Positions 1 through 8,489 of a stretch of DNA of 64,000 nucleotides are shown here, piece by piece. Location of the stretch: assembly GCA_963664825.1 (NCBI GenBank), contig OY761614.1:2464001-2528000 (forward strand), written 5' to 3'. Below the pieces are notes generated by a model. That model searched no databases, was not told the origin of the DNA, and worked only from the letters and a program-made list of their open reading frames with translations. Position numbers and translations under genes: made by a program. The DNA comes from an uncultured Holophaga sp. (GTDB lineage: Bacteria; Acidobacteriota; Holophagae; Holophagales; Holophagaceae). The first letter of the stretch is position 1. Each line of letters starts with the position of its first letter.

Positions 1-1
1 G

Positions 2-319
2 AACGCCGTCTCCGCTTGCGCCCGGGATTCCCGCTTTCCGCCCGTGGGTGAACACGAATTGTCGAACCTGGAGATCGGCGTGGATGTGCTCTCCGAGATG
101 GAACCGACGGAGAGAAGCGGGCTCGATCCCAGGCGCTACGGCGTATTGGTGAGCACCGGGGACGGCCGCCGGGGGGTGCTCCTGCCGGATCTGGAGGGCG
201 TCGATACGGTGGCCCAGCAGATATCGATCGCCTGCCGCAAGGCGGGCATCGATGGGGCCCGGGAGGGCTACACGCTACAGCGCTTCACGGTGGTGAGGCA
301 CAGGCAGATAGTTTTGTGA
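2..319 (+). CDS. AMMECR1 domain protein, C-terminal part (5' end outside window)
   Basis: Frame is open from position 2: NAVSACARDSRFPPV, then VDVLS..E, YGVLV..G.RRGVLLPDLEGVDT, ACRKAGI, typical of AMMECR1 (AmmeMemoRadiSam protein A). Confidence 0.85.
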   Translation, partial: NAVSACARDSRFPPVGEHELSNLEIGVDVLSEMEPTERSGLDPRRYGVLVSTGDGRRGVLLPDLEGVDTVAQQISIACRKAGIDGAREGYTLQRFTVVRHRQIVL

Positions 320-329
320 AAGGCCTGTC

Positions 330-740
330 CTATTGAGGCGCGCCCAGGACATTCTCCAGTTGGGTGCGCACCTCGGCCAGGGTGAAGCCCTTCGCCACGG
401 CCACCATGAGCGTGTCTTCGCCAGCCAGGGTGCCCGCCACGCCGGGCACTCGGGTGCGGTCCACGCGAATGGCCAGGGCCATGCCGAGGCCCGGGCCCGT
501 CTGTAGCACCAGCAGATTCGGCGGGGATTCCAGCAGGGAGTAAGGGGGCAGGGGGTGATCCCGGGGAATGACCCGCGCGTATCGCCCCTCGCGCTTCTGG
601 ACCGAGAGCTTGGCCAGGCGCCGGGAGAGGGTGCCCTGGGTGAGCTTGAAATTCTCCTCGGCCAGTAAGGCGAGCAGCTTGGCCTGATCGGGTACGGCAT
701 GACTGACGATCAGACGCAGGATCGCCTGGTCGAGGGACAT
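330..740 (-). CDS. argR: Arginine repressor (ArgR) family regulator, paralogue 1
   Basis: wHTH motif DQ..LL..L..ENFKLTQGTLSRRL; C-terminal VLQTGPG..MALAIRVD and GTLAGEDT. Start taken at ATG 740. Confidence 0.8.
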   Translation of the reverse strand: MSLDQAILRLIVSHAVPDQAKLLALLAEENFKLTQGTLSRRLAKLSVQKREGRYARVIPRDHPLPPYSLLESPPNLLVLQTGPGLGMALAIRVDRTRVPGVAGTLAGEDTLMVAVAKGFTLAEVRTQLENVLGAPQ

Positions 741-887
741 TCTTCCGGATGGAGCCATGGGGACCTCTGGAAGATCCTATCTCATACCAGCCTGGGATGC
801 GGATGGTGAACCGCAGTCTTGGAGGCGCGAATCGATCCCCTCTAAGGGATGTTCGCTCTCCGCGGCCATCCATGATTGGATGGAAGC

Positions 888-1958
888 ATGGCTCGGAAAA
901 GCACCTGGATCCTGCCCCTCGCGGTCGCGGCCGCCATCGTCTGGCTGAGTCATCAGCCGCAGCTGCCCATGGGCATTTGCCTGCCTCCGCCCTGGGACAA
1001 GCTGGCCCACTTCACGGCCTTCGCCGCCCTGGCGGCCTCCCTGGAGATCACGCTGCGGCGCACCCGCCACGATCTGCCCCTCTACCGGCGCCATCTGCTG
1101 GTCTTCGCGCTGGTGATTTTCTTTGGGGCGACCGATGAGTGGCACCAGCGCTTCGTGCCGGGCCGGGACTGCGATTTCTTCGACTGGGTGGCCGATGCCC
1201 TGGGGGGTGCCTTCGGCCTGGCCCTCACCAGCCTGCCCTTCCTGGGGGGGCGGGACCTGGCGGTCTTCGGCTGGTGGCGCGGGATTCGGGAACGCTCGGA
1301 CCCGGCCCGCCCCCTCATCCTCGTGGCCGATCCCCACTGGGGGGAGGAACTCACGGGACTGCGCGAGGCCACCCTGGTCCACCCCGAGGCCGACTGGCTC
1401 TTCCTGGGGGACGTCTTCGATGTGTGGGTCGGCATCCCCGGCATGGAGACCGAGGCCCAGCGCTCCTTCCGTTGGTGGGTGGCGGAGCGGCGGGACGCAG
1501 GCCGTTGGGTGGGGCTCTGGATGGGCAACCGGGAATTCTTCCTGGATCGTCTCAGCCCGCAGTTCGCCCTGATGGGGGAAGGCATCGGCGGCGCACTGCC
1601 TCGGGAGGGCCTCCGGTGGGAGCACGGGGATTTCGTCAACGCGGGGGATCGTCCCTACCGGATCTGGAACCTGGTCTCCCGCAGCGGGCTTCTGTGGATG
1701 CTGGCCCGCCTCCTGCCGTCTCGGGGCGCCTCATGGCTGGCGGCGCGCTTGGAGAAGGCCATGCGGACCACCAATCGGGATTACAAGATGGTCTTTCCCC
1801 GGGAGGCCTTTGCCCAGGCCGCCGATCAGGAAGGGGGGGTCTTTCTGACGGGTCACTTCCATAGCCATGAGACCGAAGGGCAGGGCATCGCGCTGCCCTG
1901 GGCCCACGAAGGGAAGTTCATGGTCTGGCGGGAGGGCCGCGTTTCGACCCTCGGATAG
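888..1958 (+). CDS. VanZ-like membrane domain fused to a LpxH-like calcineurin-type metallophosphoesterase
   Basis: N-terminal DKLAHF..F, DEWHQRFVPGR..D..DW.AD..G (VanZ); C-terminal ADPH, GDVFD, GNRE, HGD, GHFH (UDP-2,3-diacylglucosamine hydrolase-like). Confidence 0.8.
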   Translation: MARKSTWILPLAVAAAIVWLSHQPQLPMGICLPPPWDKLAHFTAFAALAASLEITLRRTRHDLPLYRRHLLVFALVIFFGATDEWHQRFVPGRDCDFFDWVADALGGAFGLALTSLPFLGGRDLAVFGWWRGIRERSDPARPLILVADPHWGEELTGLREATLVHPEADWLFLGDVFDVWVGIPGMETEAQRSFRWWVAERRDAGRWVGLWMGNREFFLDRLSPQFALMGEGIGGALPREGLRWEHGDFVNAGDRPYRIWNLVSRSGLLWMLARLLPSRGASWLAARLEKAMRTTNRDYKMVFPREAFAQAADQEGGVFLTGHFHSHETEGQGIALPWAHEGKFMVWREGRVSTLG

Positions 1959-1988
1959 GCGCCGACAGGAAGGTAATTTGGAGCTCGA

Positions 1989-2570
1989 ATGGATCGCATC
2001 GATTCAGAGGCCACGTACGAAGCCGTCCATCTTGTCGGAGGGGATTTCTCCGATCAGTGCGCCTCCATGGTGACCCTTGCCCGCAGCCAATGGACCAAGG
2101 TGGGGCTGGCGCGGACCAGCCTCTCACGGTTGGATATCCATCGCACAAAACTGGAGGGATGCGATTTGGCCAACGCGGACTGGGAGCGGGCCCGGTTGGA
2201 AAAGGTCAGCGTGAAGGAATGCCGCATGACGGGCCTCAATCTCTCGAGATCCCTGGTGAGGGAAAGCGTCTTCCAGGCCTGCGAGGCCTCCCTCAGTAAC
2301 TTCCGCGGGGTTTCCTTCAAGAAGTGCCGCTTCGTGGATTGCAATTTACAAGGTGCGGATTTCCAGCAGGCGGATTTGAGATGGGTGGTTTTCGAACACT
2401 GCAATCTGAAGCAAGCACAGATGTCATTTGCGAAGCTGGGGGGGACGGATTTCAGGGGTTCCGTGATCGATGAGCTCCAGGTGGGCATGGAGAACCTGCG
2501 GGGAGCCATCGTGGAACCTGCCCAGGCCGCCTACCTGGCGGGCTTGATGGGACTCAAGGTGATGTACTGA
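1989..2570 (+). CDS. Pentapeptide repeat protein
   Basis: Repeated A/C-D/N-L/F-x-x pentapeptides (CDLAN ADWER, CNLQG ADFQQ ADLRW, CNLKQ). Confidence 0.9.
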   Translation: MDRIDSEATYEAVHLVGGDFSDQCASMVTLARSQWTKVGLARTSLSRLDIHRTKLEGCDLANADWERARLEKVSVKECRMTGLNLSRSLVRESVFQACEASLSNFRGVSFKKCRFVDCNLQGADFQQADLRWVVFEHCNLKQAQMSFAKLGGTDFRGSVIDELQVGMENLRGAIVEPAQAAYLAGLMGLKVMY

Positions 2571-2581
2571 CCCGTGCCCAT

Positions 2582-2950
2582 TTACGAAGCCGCGAGAATC
2601 GCGCTGACGGCGTCCACGAGATCCTGGCCGCTGATGGGCTTGTAGAGGATCTTTCGAACGCCCATGGTCTGAAGGATGGCGTCCCTGGCCACATCCCGAT
2701 TGGCCGTCAGGATGATCACTGGGATCTGCGGATTCGTCCGCCGGACGGTTCGCGCCACATTCGTGCCGTCGAGGTTCGGCATATTAAAGTCGCTGAGCAC
2801 CAAGTCCGGCGGGGCATCCGTGATCCGAGCGATGAGATCGGCCACGGATTCGGGCAGGCAGTCCTCAACATCAAAGCCTGCATTTTCGAGATGATCCCGC
2901 GTGATCTTTCGCATGAGCGAACTATCGTCGATCACCAGGATCTTGAGCAT
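2582..2950 (-). CDS. Single-domain response regulator (CheY-like)
   Basis: ILVIDDS, LSDFNMP (phospho-Asp), ILTA, KP motifs; GGAG RBS upstream. Confidence 0.92.
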   Translation of the reverse strand: MLKILVIDDSSLMRKITRDHLENAGFDVEDCLPESVADLIARITDAPPDLVLSDFNMPNLDGTNVARTVRRTNPQIPVIILTANRDVARDAILQTMGVRKILYKPISGQDLVDAVSAILAAS

Positions 2951-3031
2951 GGATTCTCCATAACGGGGGCCTGGGGATGATTCTACCTGGCCCGAGGGAG
3001 GAAACGAAGCGCTGCTGCGGAGGCAGACGGG

Positions 3032-3211
3032 TCAGTGCAACTGGACGTGAACGCCGGCGAAGGCCGTGGCGGGGCCGCAGAAACGCCATCCGGGACAGGC
3101 GGCACCCGAGCAGCTGCTTCGGCCGCAGCGGGGCGATGGGGTGGTGGGGATCCGGCGCTGGGGGGAACCGAGGGCGGGCACGAGTCTGGGGGTAGTCTTC
3201 GGACCTTTCAC
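3032..3211 (-). CDS. Putative small Cys-rich protein (59 aa)
   Basis: GGAGG 4 nt before a GTG; C-x4-C-x4-C-x5-C cluster; divergent from argR paralogue 2. No homology recognised. Confidence 0.35.
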   Translation of the reverse strand: MKGPKTTPRLVPALGSPQRRIPTTPSPRCGRSSCSGAACPGWRFCGPATAFAGVHVQLH

Positions 3212-3252
3212 GGAGCCTCCATTTGCCGAGGGATGCATCAAGGATGAGGGAA

Positions 3253-3428
3253 TGCAAATTTGCAAAAATATCTGCAAATTGCCGAGAATTCCGTGTTCCT
3301 TGTGCAAATAATGCGATACGGTCCAGCCCTCGTCAAGGGTGATTCTAGGTCCTGCAAAGAATTTCAAGGTTCATGACAATTCGGGATCTTGCAATTTTGT
3401 GCAAATATGTGCAAATTGATGCAATGCA
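3253..3428. promoter_or_regulatory. AT-rich cluster of TGCAA motifs, ARG-box-like operators
   Basis: TGCAA at 3253, 3261, 3273, 3303, 3353, 3390, 3400, 3410, 3420. TGCA-N6-TGCA matches the 14-bp core geometry of ARG boxes; directly upstream of an argR gene. Confidence 0.55.
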
Positions 3429-3429
3429 C

Positions 3430-3834
3430 ATGGATGAGGCCATTCTCCGCCATCTGGGTTCCCGGGAGATCACAGACCAGGGGGCCCTGTTGGCCCTGCT
3501 CCGGGAGGAGGGTTTTGCATTGACCCTTTCCACCCTTTCCCGGCGCATGAAGAAATTGAATATCCGGAAGGAACGAGGCCTCTATCGGCAGGCCCTTGCC
3601 ACGCGCCCGATGGCCCAGCCCGTGAGCATCCGGAAGGTGCAGCCCTGCTTGCTCATCGTCAAGACGCGTATGGGCTCGGCCCAGGCGCTGGCGGTGGCGC
3701 TCGACGCGGCGGGGCTTCCTTCGCTGGCGGGAAGCGTGGCCGGCTACGACACGATCTTCGTGGCCCCCACGGATCCCTCTCGCCTGGATGCGCTGGAAGA
3801 TGAGGTGCAACGCTGCCTGGAGCACGGATTCTAG
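3430..3834 (+). CDS. argR: Arginine repressor (ArgR) family regulator, paralogue 2
   Basis: ITDQGALLALLREEGFALTLSTLSRRMKKL; C-terminal VKTRMGSAQALAVALD and GSVAGYDTIFV. Start uncertain (3424 or 3430). Confidence 0.8.
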   Translation: MDEAILRHLGSREITDQGALLALLREEGFALTLSTLSRRMKKLNIRKERGLYRQALATRPMAQPVSIRKVQPCLLIVKTRMGSAQALAVALDAAGLPSLAGSVAGYDTIFVAPTDPSRLDALEDEVQRCLEHGF

Positions 3835-3857
3835 GAGATCTGGCGGGGCTGGCGCTC

Positions 3858-4352
3858 CTAGGCGTAGTCTCCTGGATTGCGGAGTTTGGCCGCGATGCGA
3901 TCCGCAATGGGCTCCGGCACGAAGCTGCTGATATCCCCGCCCATCATGCCGACCTCGCGCACCAAGCGGCTGGAGAGGACGCTGAATTCCTCTTTCGGCA
4001 TGAGGAAGACCGTTTCCAGATCGGGATGGAGCTTGCGGTTCATGAGCGCCATCTGGAATTCGTATTCGAAATCGCTGAAGGCCCGCACGCCCCGGATGAT
4101 GCACTGGGCCTCCTGCTCCCGGGCGAAATCCACCAGCAGCCCGTGGAAGGTCGTCACCTCCACGTTGTCCCAGGGCGCCACCAGCTCCCGCAGGAAGTCC
4201 ACCCGCTCGGCCACGCTGAAGGCCGGGTGCTTGGCTGGATTGTGGAGCACGGCCACGACGAGGTGATCCACCAGCTTCTCGGCCCGTTGGATGAGATCCC
4301 AGTGGCCCAGGGTCACGGGATCGAAGGAACCGGGATAGATGGCTTTCAGCAC
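3858..4352 (-). CDS. coaD: Phosphopantetheine adenylyltransferase
   Basis: AIYPGSFDPVTLGH, IIRGVRAFSDFEYEFQMALMN, LSSRLVREV. Confidence 0.97.
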   Translation of the reverse strand: MLKAIYPGSFDPVTLGHWDLIQRAEKLVDHLVVAVLHNPAKHPAFSVAERVDFLRELVAPWDNVEVTTFHGLLVDFAREQEAQCIIRGVRAFSDFEYEFQMALMNRKLHPDLETVFLMPKEEFSVLSSRLVREVGMMGGDISSFVPEPIADRIAAKLRNPGDYA

Positions 4353-4415
4353 GGAGACTCCAGCTTGATGCAAATGCAGCCTGCATCATGACGGATCCAG
4401 GCCCCATCGCGAAAG

Positions 4416-5612
4416 GTGTATCCTGGCTTTTCCCAGTGCGAGGTGATCGTGCCGTCCTTTCGAAACGCATTGCTGGCCCTCGGTTTGGTCTTTGGTCTCG
4501 TGGTTCCGCTGAAGGCTGATGTGCGTCCCAAGGGGATCATCACGGCTCTGGAGATCGACGAGAACGGCATGCCCATCGTGAAGGTGCGCCTCTCCTCCAA
4601 GAAACCGGGCGTGCCGGATCGGGAATTCCGTTTCATCTTCGACACCGGGGCCGGGCTGAACGTGATCGATGCCGCACTGCCCGCAGACTACTTCTGGGAG
4701 GAACCCGCAAAACCCAAGGGTGGAAACGACACCGTGGGGGATTCCACCGGCCAGCGTATTGCCACTCGGATTGTTTGCCTCAAACGTATGGAATTTGCGG
4801 GCATGGTGCGGGACGACCTCACCGCCTTCCGAATGGACCTGAAAAATACGATGTTAGGGCGGATCCAGGACGAACCCGTGGATGGCATCCTGGGGATGAA
4901 CTTCCTGCGGGGCCCTCGATTCGTGATTGACCCCATGGCCCAGGAGATTCGCTGGTGGCAGGATATTCCGGGCCATCCCATCCCACTGGCCTTCAGTGGG
5001 AGCGGATTTACGCTGGCGGTGGAAATTGGTGGGACGGATGTTCCCTGTCTCTTGGATACGGGCGTCAACGGCGGAATCCAGGTGTCTGGGAATGTGGGGC
5101 AATCGGATGCTGCGGAGCCCTTTCTCTACGCGGGTGCCTCAGGCGAGATCAGAGTTGGCAAAATGGTGGAGATGACGCGCATGGGATCGGGCGGCAAGGC
5201 CTGGGTGAAGGTTCCATTGGCTGTGGGAGCGCCCGGTGAATGCGGCGCAGCCATCGGTCGGGACATCCTTTGGGCTGCGCCTCTGGGACTGGATTTCATC
5301 GATCATTGGGCCACCTTCACCCTGGATGCCCAAGGGAACCTGCCCTATCGGAAAACACCGTCTCGACCGTCTCTGCTATGGGAACGGCGCCTCGAAGGCA
5401 ATCGGCTTCGCGTGGGCCCCACCAATCTTACCGGTCGTTGGGCCAAGGCGGGGGTCAAGGAAGGCGACGAAGTGCTTGCCATTGGGACCCTGGAAGGCAA
5501 GGCCCTGAACCTGCGCTCGGTCATGGCTCTCTTCAAGGAGGGCGCAGCCCACACCTGGCGAGTCCGTCGCGAGGGTGCGGAGCTGCTGTTGAATATCCCT
5601 GCCGGGGATTAA
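4416..5612 (+). CDS. Secreted aspartyl protease with two retropepsin-like domains and a C-terminal PDZ-like domain
   Basis: Signal peptide; FIFDTGA and LLDTG catalytic motifs; DGILGMNFL; C-terminal AKAGVKEGDEVLAI. Start may be GTG 4449. Confidence 0.8.
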   Translation: MYPGFSQCEVIVPSFRNALLALGLVFGLVVPLKADVRPKGIITALEIDENGMPIVKVRLSSKKPGVPDREFRFIFDTGAGLNVIDAALPADYFWEEPAKPKGGNDTVGDSTGQRIATRIVCLKRMEFAGMVRDDLTAFRMDLKNTMLGRIQDEPVDGILGMNFLRGPRFVIDPMAQEIRWWQDIPGHPIPLAFSGSGFTLAVEIGGTDVPCLLDTGVNGGIQVSGNVGQSDAAEPFLYAGASGEIRVGKMVEMTRMGSGGKAWVKVPLAVGAPGECGAAIGRDILWAAPLGLDFIDHWATFTLDAQGNLPYRKTPSRPSLLWERRLEGNRLRVGPTNLTGRWAKAGVKEGDEVLAIGTLEGKALNLRSVMALFKEGAAHTWRVRREGAELLLNIPAGD

Positions 5613-5621
5613 ACTCAAAGC

Positions 5622-6719
5622 ATGTCCAAATCCATGAACGAAAAACTGAGCGTCGGTCTTCTCTTCGGGGGCGAGAGCCCCGAGCACGAAGTGAGTATCG
5701 TCACGGCCAAGAGCATCGCCAAGCATCTGGACCCCCAACGCTTCGAGGTGCGGCCCATGGGCATCGCCCGCAACGGTGTCTGGGCGATGCTGGGGGATCC
5801 CTTTGCTCGGCTCTCTAGGGAAGAAAAACCCGAACGCAGCGATCACGCCTTCCTGCCCCTTGAAAAAGGCGCGGAGGCCTGCGAACTGCCGGATGTCTTC
5901 TTCAACGCCATCCATGGCGCGGGGGGCGAGGATGGCCAGCTGCAGGGCTACCTCGAGATGCTCCACCGGCCCTACACGGGCGCGGGGCTCTTGGCGATGG
6001 CGGCGGGCATGGACAAGTGGATCACCAAGCGCATCTGGGAATCCGAGGGGCTGCCGGTGGGGGCCTACGTCGGACTCACGGAGGAGCAGTGGCACAGGGC
6101 CCCGGGGGGCGTCCTGGATGCCGTCCGCGCCCTGGGTCTGCCGGTCTTCGTGAAACCCGCCAACACGGGCAGCAGCATCGGCATCCAGAAGGTGAAGGAC
6201 TTCACCAAACTCTCCGAGGCCATCGAGGAGGCCCTGAAGTACGACCGGCGGGTGCTGGTGGAGCGCGGCATCGATGGGCGCGAAATCGAGATCGCCGTAT
6301 TGGGAGGGGACGATCCCTTCGTCAGCGTGCCCGGAGAAGTCCTGGTGGCGGGGGATTTCTACGATTTCAAGGACAAGTATCTGGATGGCAAGAGCACGAC
6401 GTCCGTGCCCGCGGATCTGCCGGGCGCCCTGGCCGACCGGATCCGCAGCCACGCCCGGGCGGCCTTCCGGAGCCTGGACGCCTTCGGCATGGCGCGCATG
6501 GACTTCTTCCTGGAGCGGGGCACGAACCGCATCTTCCTCAACGAGATCAACATGATCCCGGGATTCACCAATATCTCCATGTATCCCAAGCTGATGGAGG
6601 CCTCCGGCCTGCCCTATGGGGAGCAGCTCTCTCGCCTCATCGAGCTGGCCTTCGTGCGCCATGCCCAGATGGAGGGGAAGCAGCGAGGCTTCGAGAGCGG
6701 GAGCCGCTGGTTCGCCTAA
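5622..6719 (+). CDS. ddl: D-alanine--D-alanine ligase
   Basis: GGESPEHEVS, HGAGGEDG.LQG, FVKPANTGSSIG, FYDFKDKY, NEINMIPGFT..SMYP. Confidence 0.97.
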   Translation: MSKSMNEKLSVGLLFGGESPEHEVSIVTAKSIAKHLDPQRFEVRPMGIARNGVWAMLGDPFARLSREEKPERSDHAFLPLEKGAEACELPDVFFNAIHGAGGEDGQLQGYLEMLHRPYTGAGLLAMAAGMDKWITKRIWESEGLPVGAYVGLTEEQWHRAPGGVLDAVRALGLPVFVKPANTGSSIGIQKVKDFTKLSEAIEEALKYDRRVLVERGIDGREIEIAVLGGDDPFVSVPGEVLVAGDFYDFKDKYLDGKSTTSVPADLPGALADRIRSHARAAFRSLDAFGMARMDFFLERGTNRIFLNEINMIPGFTNISMYPKLMEASGLPYGEQLSRLIELAFVRHAQMEGKQRGFESGSRWFA

Positions 6720-6736
6720 AGGTGCACTCCCGGTAG

Positions 6737-6813
6737 CCGCCGACGCGAGTGGCGAAGCGGGTAACGGAGGGCGCATGCGCCCGGAGTTGGGACCCGCCGA
6801 CACGAGTGGCGGG
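6737..6813. repeat. Two near-identical small hairpins (REP-like)
   Basis: CCGCCGACGCGAGTGGCG (6737-6754) and CCGCCGACACGAGTGGCG (6794-6811), 17/18 identical; each is a GC stem with a 9-nt loop. Confidence 0.5.
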
Positions 6814-6875
6814 GATTCCTTGCCCCTTGTGGGATTCCCCCAGGGATCTATGCTGAGTTTCACGGGGGGTTTCCC

Positions 6876-7193
6876 ATGGGTGTGAACGCGATCGGGCTTT
6901 CGGGCATGAATGCTGCGGCGCTGGGTGTTGCCGTCACCGCCAATAACGTGGCCAATGTGAACACCCGTGATTTCAAGGCCCAGCGGCTCGATCAGGAGGA
7001 TCTGGCCCAGGGCGGAACCCGTCCGGCCGCCCTGCGGGAGAGCCAGGAGCCTATGGCGCCGGAAGGCTCCAATGTGGATCTGGCCAGCGAGATGACGAAC
7101 CTCATCAGCCAGGGGGGCGCCTACCAGGCCAATGTCAAAGCCCTCCAGACCCAGGATCAGATGCTGGGCACGGCCATGGATCTGAAGGCCTGA
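6876..7193 (+). CDS. Short flagellar basal-body rod family protein (FlgC/FlgE-like termini only)
   Basis: N-terminal GLSGMNAA...ANNVANVNT; C-terminal SNVDLASEMTNLI...YQANVKALQT.D.MLG. Confidence 0.85.
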   Translation: MGVNAIGLSGMNAAALGVAVTANNVANVNTRDFKAQRLDQEDLAQGGTRPAALRESQEPMAPEGSNVDLASEMTNLISQGGAYQANVKALQTQDQMLGTAMDLKA

Positions 7194-7224
7194 CGATTCC
7201 CCTCTGTCCTGGCAGACTCTGGGG

Positions 7225-8457
7225 ATGGACTCCCCCAATCCTCGACCCCTCGGCCCCCGCGGCTGGACTTCTCTGTTGCTGCTGGGTTTTGCCTCCGGTC
7301 TGCCCCTCATCCTCACCGATTCCACCCTCAAGGTCTGGATCCAGGATGCGGGCGTGCCCATCCAGACCATCGGGTTCTTCTCCCTGGTGCAGCTCCCCTA
7401 TAATCTGAAGTTCCTCTGGGCGCCGCTGCTGGACCGCTTCATGCCTCCCTTCCTCGGTCGACGGCGTGGTTGGCTGATCGTGACCCAGCTCCTCCTGGTG
7501 CTGGCGTTGGGGGCCCTGGCCTTTGCCGATCCCCGAGGGAGGCTCAACCTCATGGCTGCCCTGGCCTTCGGCGTAGCCTTCCTGAGTGCCACCCAGGACA
7601 TCGCCTCCGATGCCTGGCGCACGGAGATCCTGCCGAAAGCGGATCAGGGAACGGGGATCACGACCCATATCGCGGCCTACCGAGTGGCCATCCTGGTGGC
7701 TTCAGCCGGGGCTCTTCTGCTCGCCGATCTTGCGGGCTGGCGTGCTACCTACCTTTCGATGGCGGCTTGCATGGTTCTGGGCCCTCTCGGTGCCCTCCTC
7801 GCCCGGGAGCCTGAGGCCGCGACGCGGCCCCGGACCCTGAAGGCCGCAGTGGTAGAACCCTTCCGGAATTTCCTGGGCCGGAATGGGGCAGGTTTGGCCC
7901 TGCTCTTCATCGTGCTCTACAAGCTGGGGGACCAGCTGGCCACCTCCTTGGCGCCCAATTTCCTGCGGAGCCTGGGATTCACCAAGACGGCCATCGGTAG
8001 TGTCACCAAGGGGGTTGGGCTCCCGGCCCTCATCGTGGGAGGCTACCTCGGCGGATGGCTTATGCGCCGCTGGTCCCTGCGGAAGGCGCTCTTCTGCTTT
8101 GGCCTCTTCCAGATCGCGGCCATCCTGGTGCTGCTCATTCCCGCGGCCCTGGGGCCCCGGATTCCGGCCCTGGTGGTGGCCATCGGCTTCGAGAATCTGG
8201 GCTTCGGCATGGGGGTCGCGGCTTACATGACCCTGATCATGCGGATGTGCGACCTGCGTTTCACGGGCACCCAGTTCAGTCTCTTGACCAGCCTGGCGGC
8301 CCTGCCGCGCACCTTGATCGCAGCTCCCGCCGGGTTTGCCGCGGCTTTCTACGGCTGGCCGGGCTATTTCGTCTTCTGCGCGCTGGCGGCCCTTCCTGGG
8401 CTCCTCATGCTGGCGCTCTACGACCGCTGGGGCCCCCGGGAAGAGACGGCGCTCTGA
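7225..8457 (+). CDS. ampG: AmpG family muropeptide MFS permease
   Basis: GFASGLP, KFLWAPLLDR, GRRRGW, SATQDIA.DAWR, TQFSLLTSL. Confidence 0.92.
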   Translation: MDSPNPRPLGPRGWTSLLLLGFASGLPLILTDSTLKVWIQDAGVPIQTIGFFSLVQLPYNLKFLWAPLLDRFMPPFLGRRRGWLIVTQLLLVLALGALAFADPRGRLNLMAALAFGVAFLSATQDIASDAWRTEILPKADQGTGITTHIAAYRVAILVASAGALLLADLAGWRATYLSMAACMVLGPLGALLAREPEAATRPRTLKAAVVEPFRNFLGRNGAGLALLFIVLYKLGDQLATSLAPNFLRSLGFTKTAIGSVTKGVGLPALIVGGYLGGWLMRRWSLRKALFCFGLFQIAAILVLLIPAALGPRIPALVVAIGFENLGFGMGVAAYMTLIMRMCDLRFTGTQFSLLTSLAALPRTLIAAPAGFAAAFYGWPGYFVFCALAALPGLLMLALYDRWGPREETAL

Positions 8458-8489
8458 GGAAGGGCACGCTTCCGCGCTAAGATCCTCCT

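Noticed and set aside
1989..2570. Pentapeptide protein as a Qnr/MfpA quinolone-resistance gene
   Set aside because: The repeat fold alone is not diagnostic and there is no mobile context.
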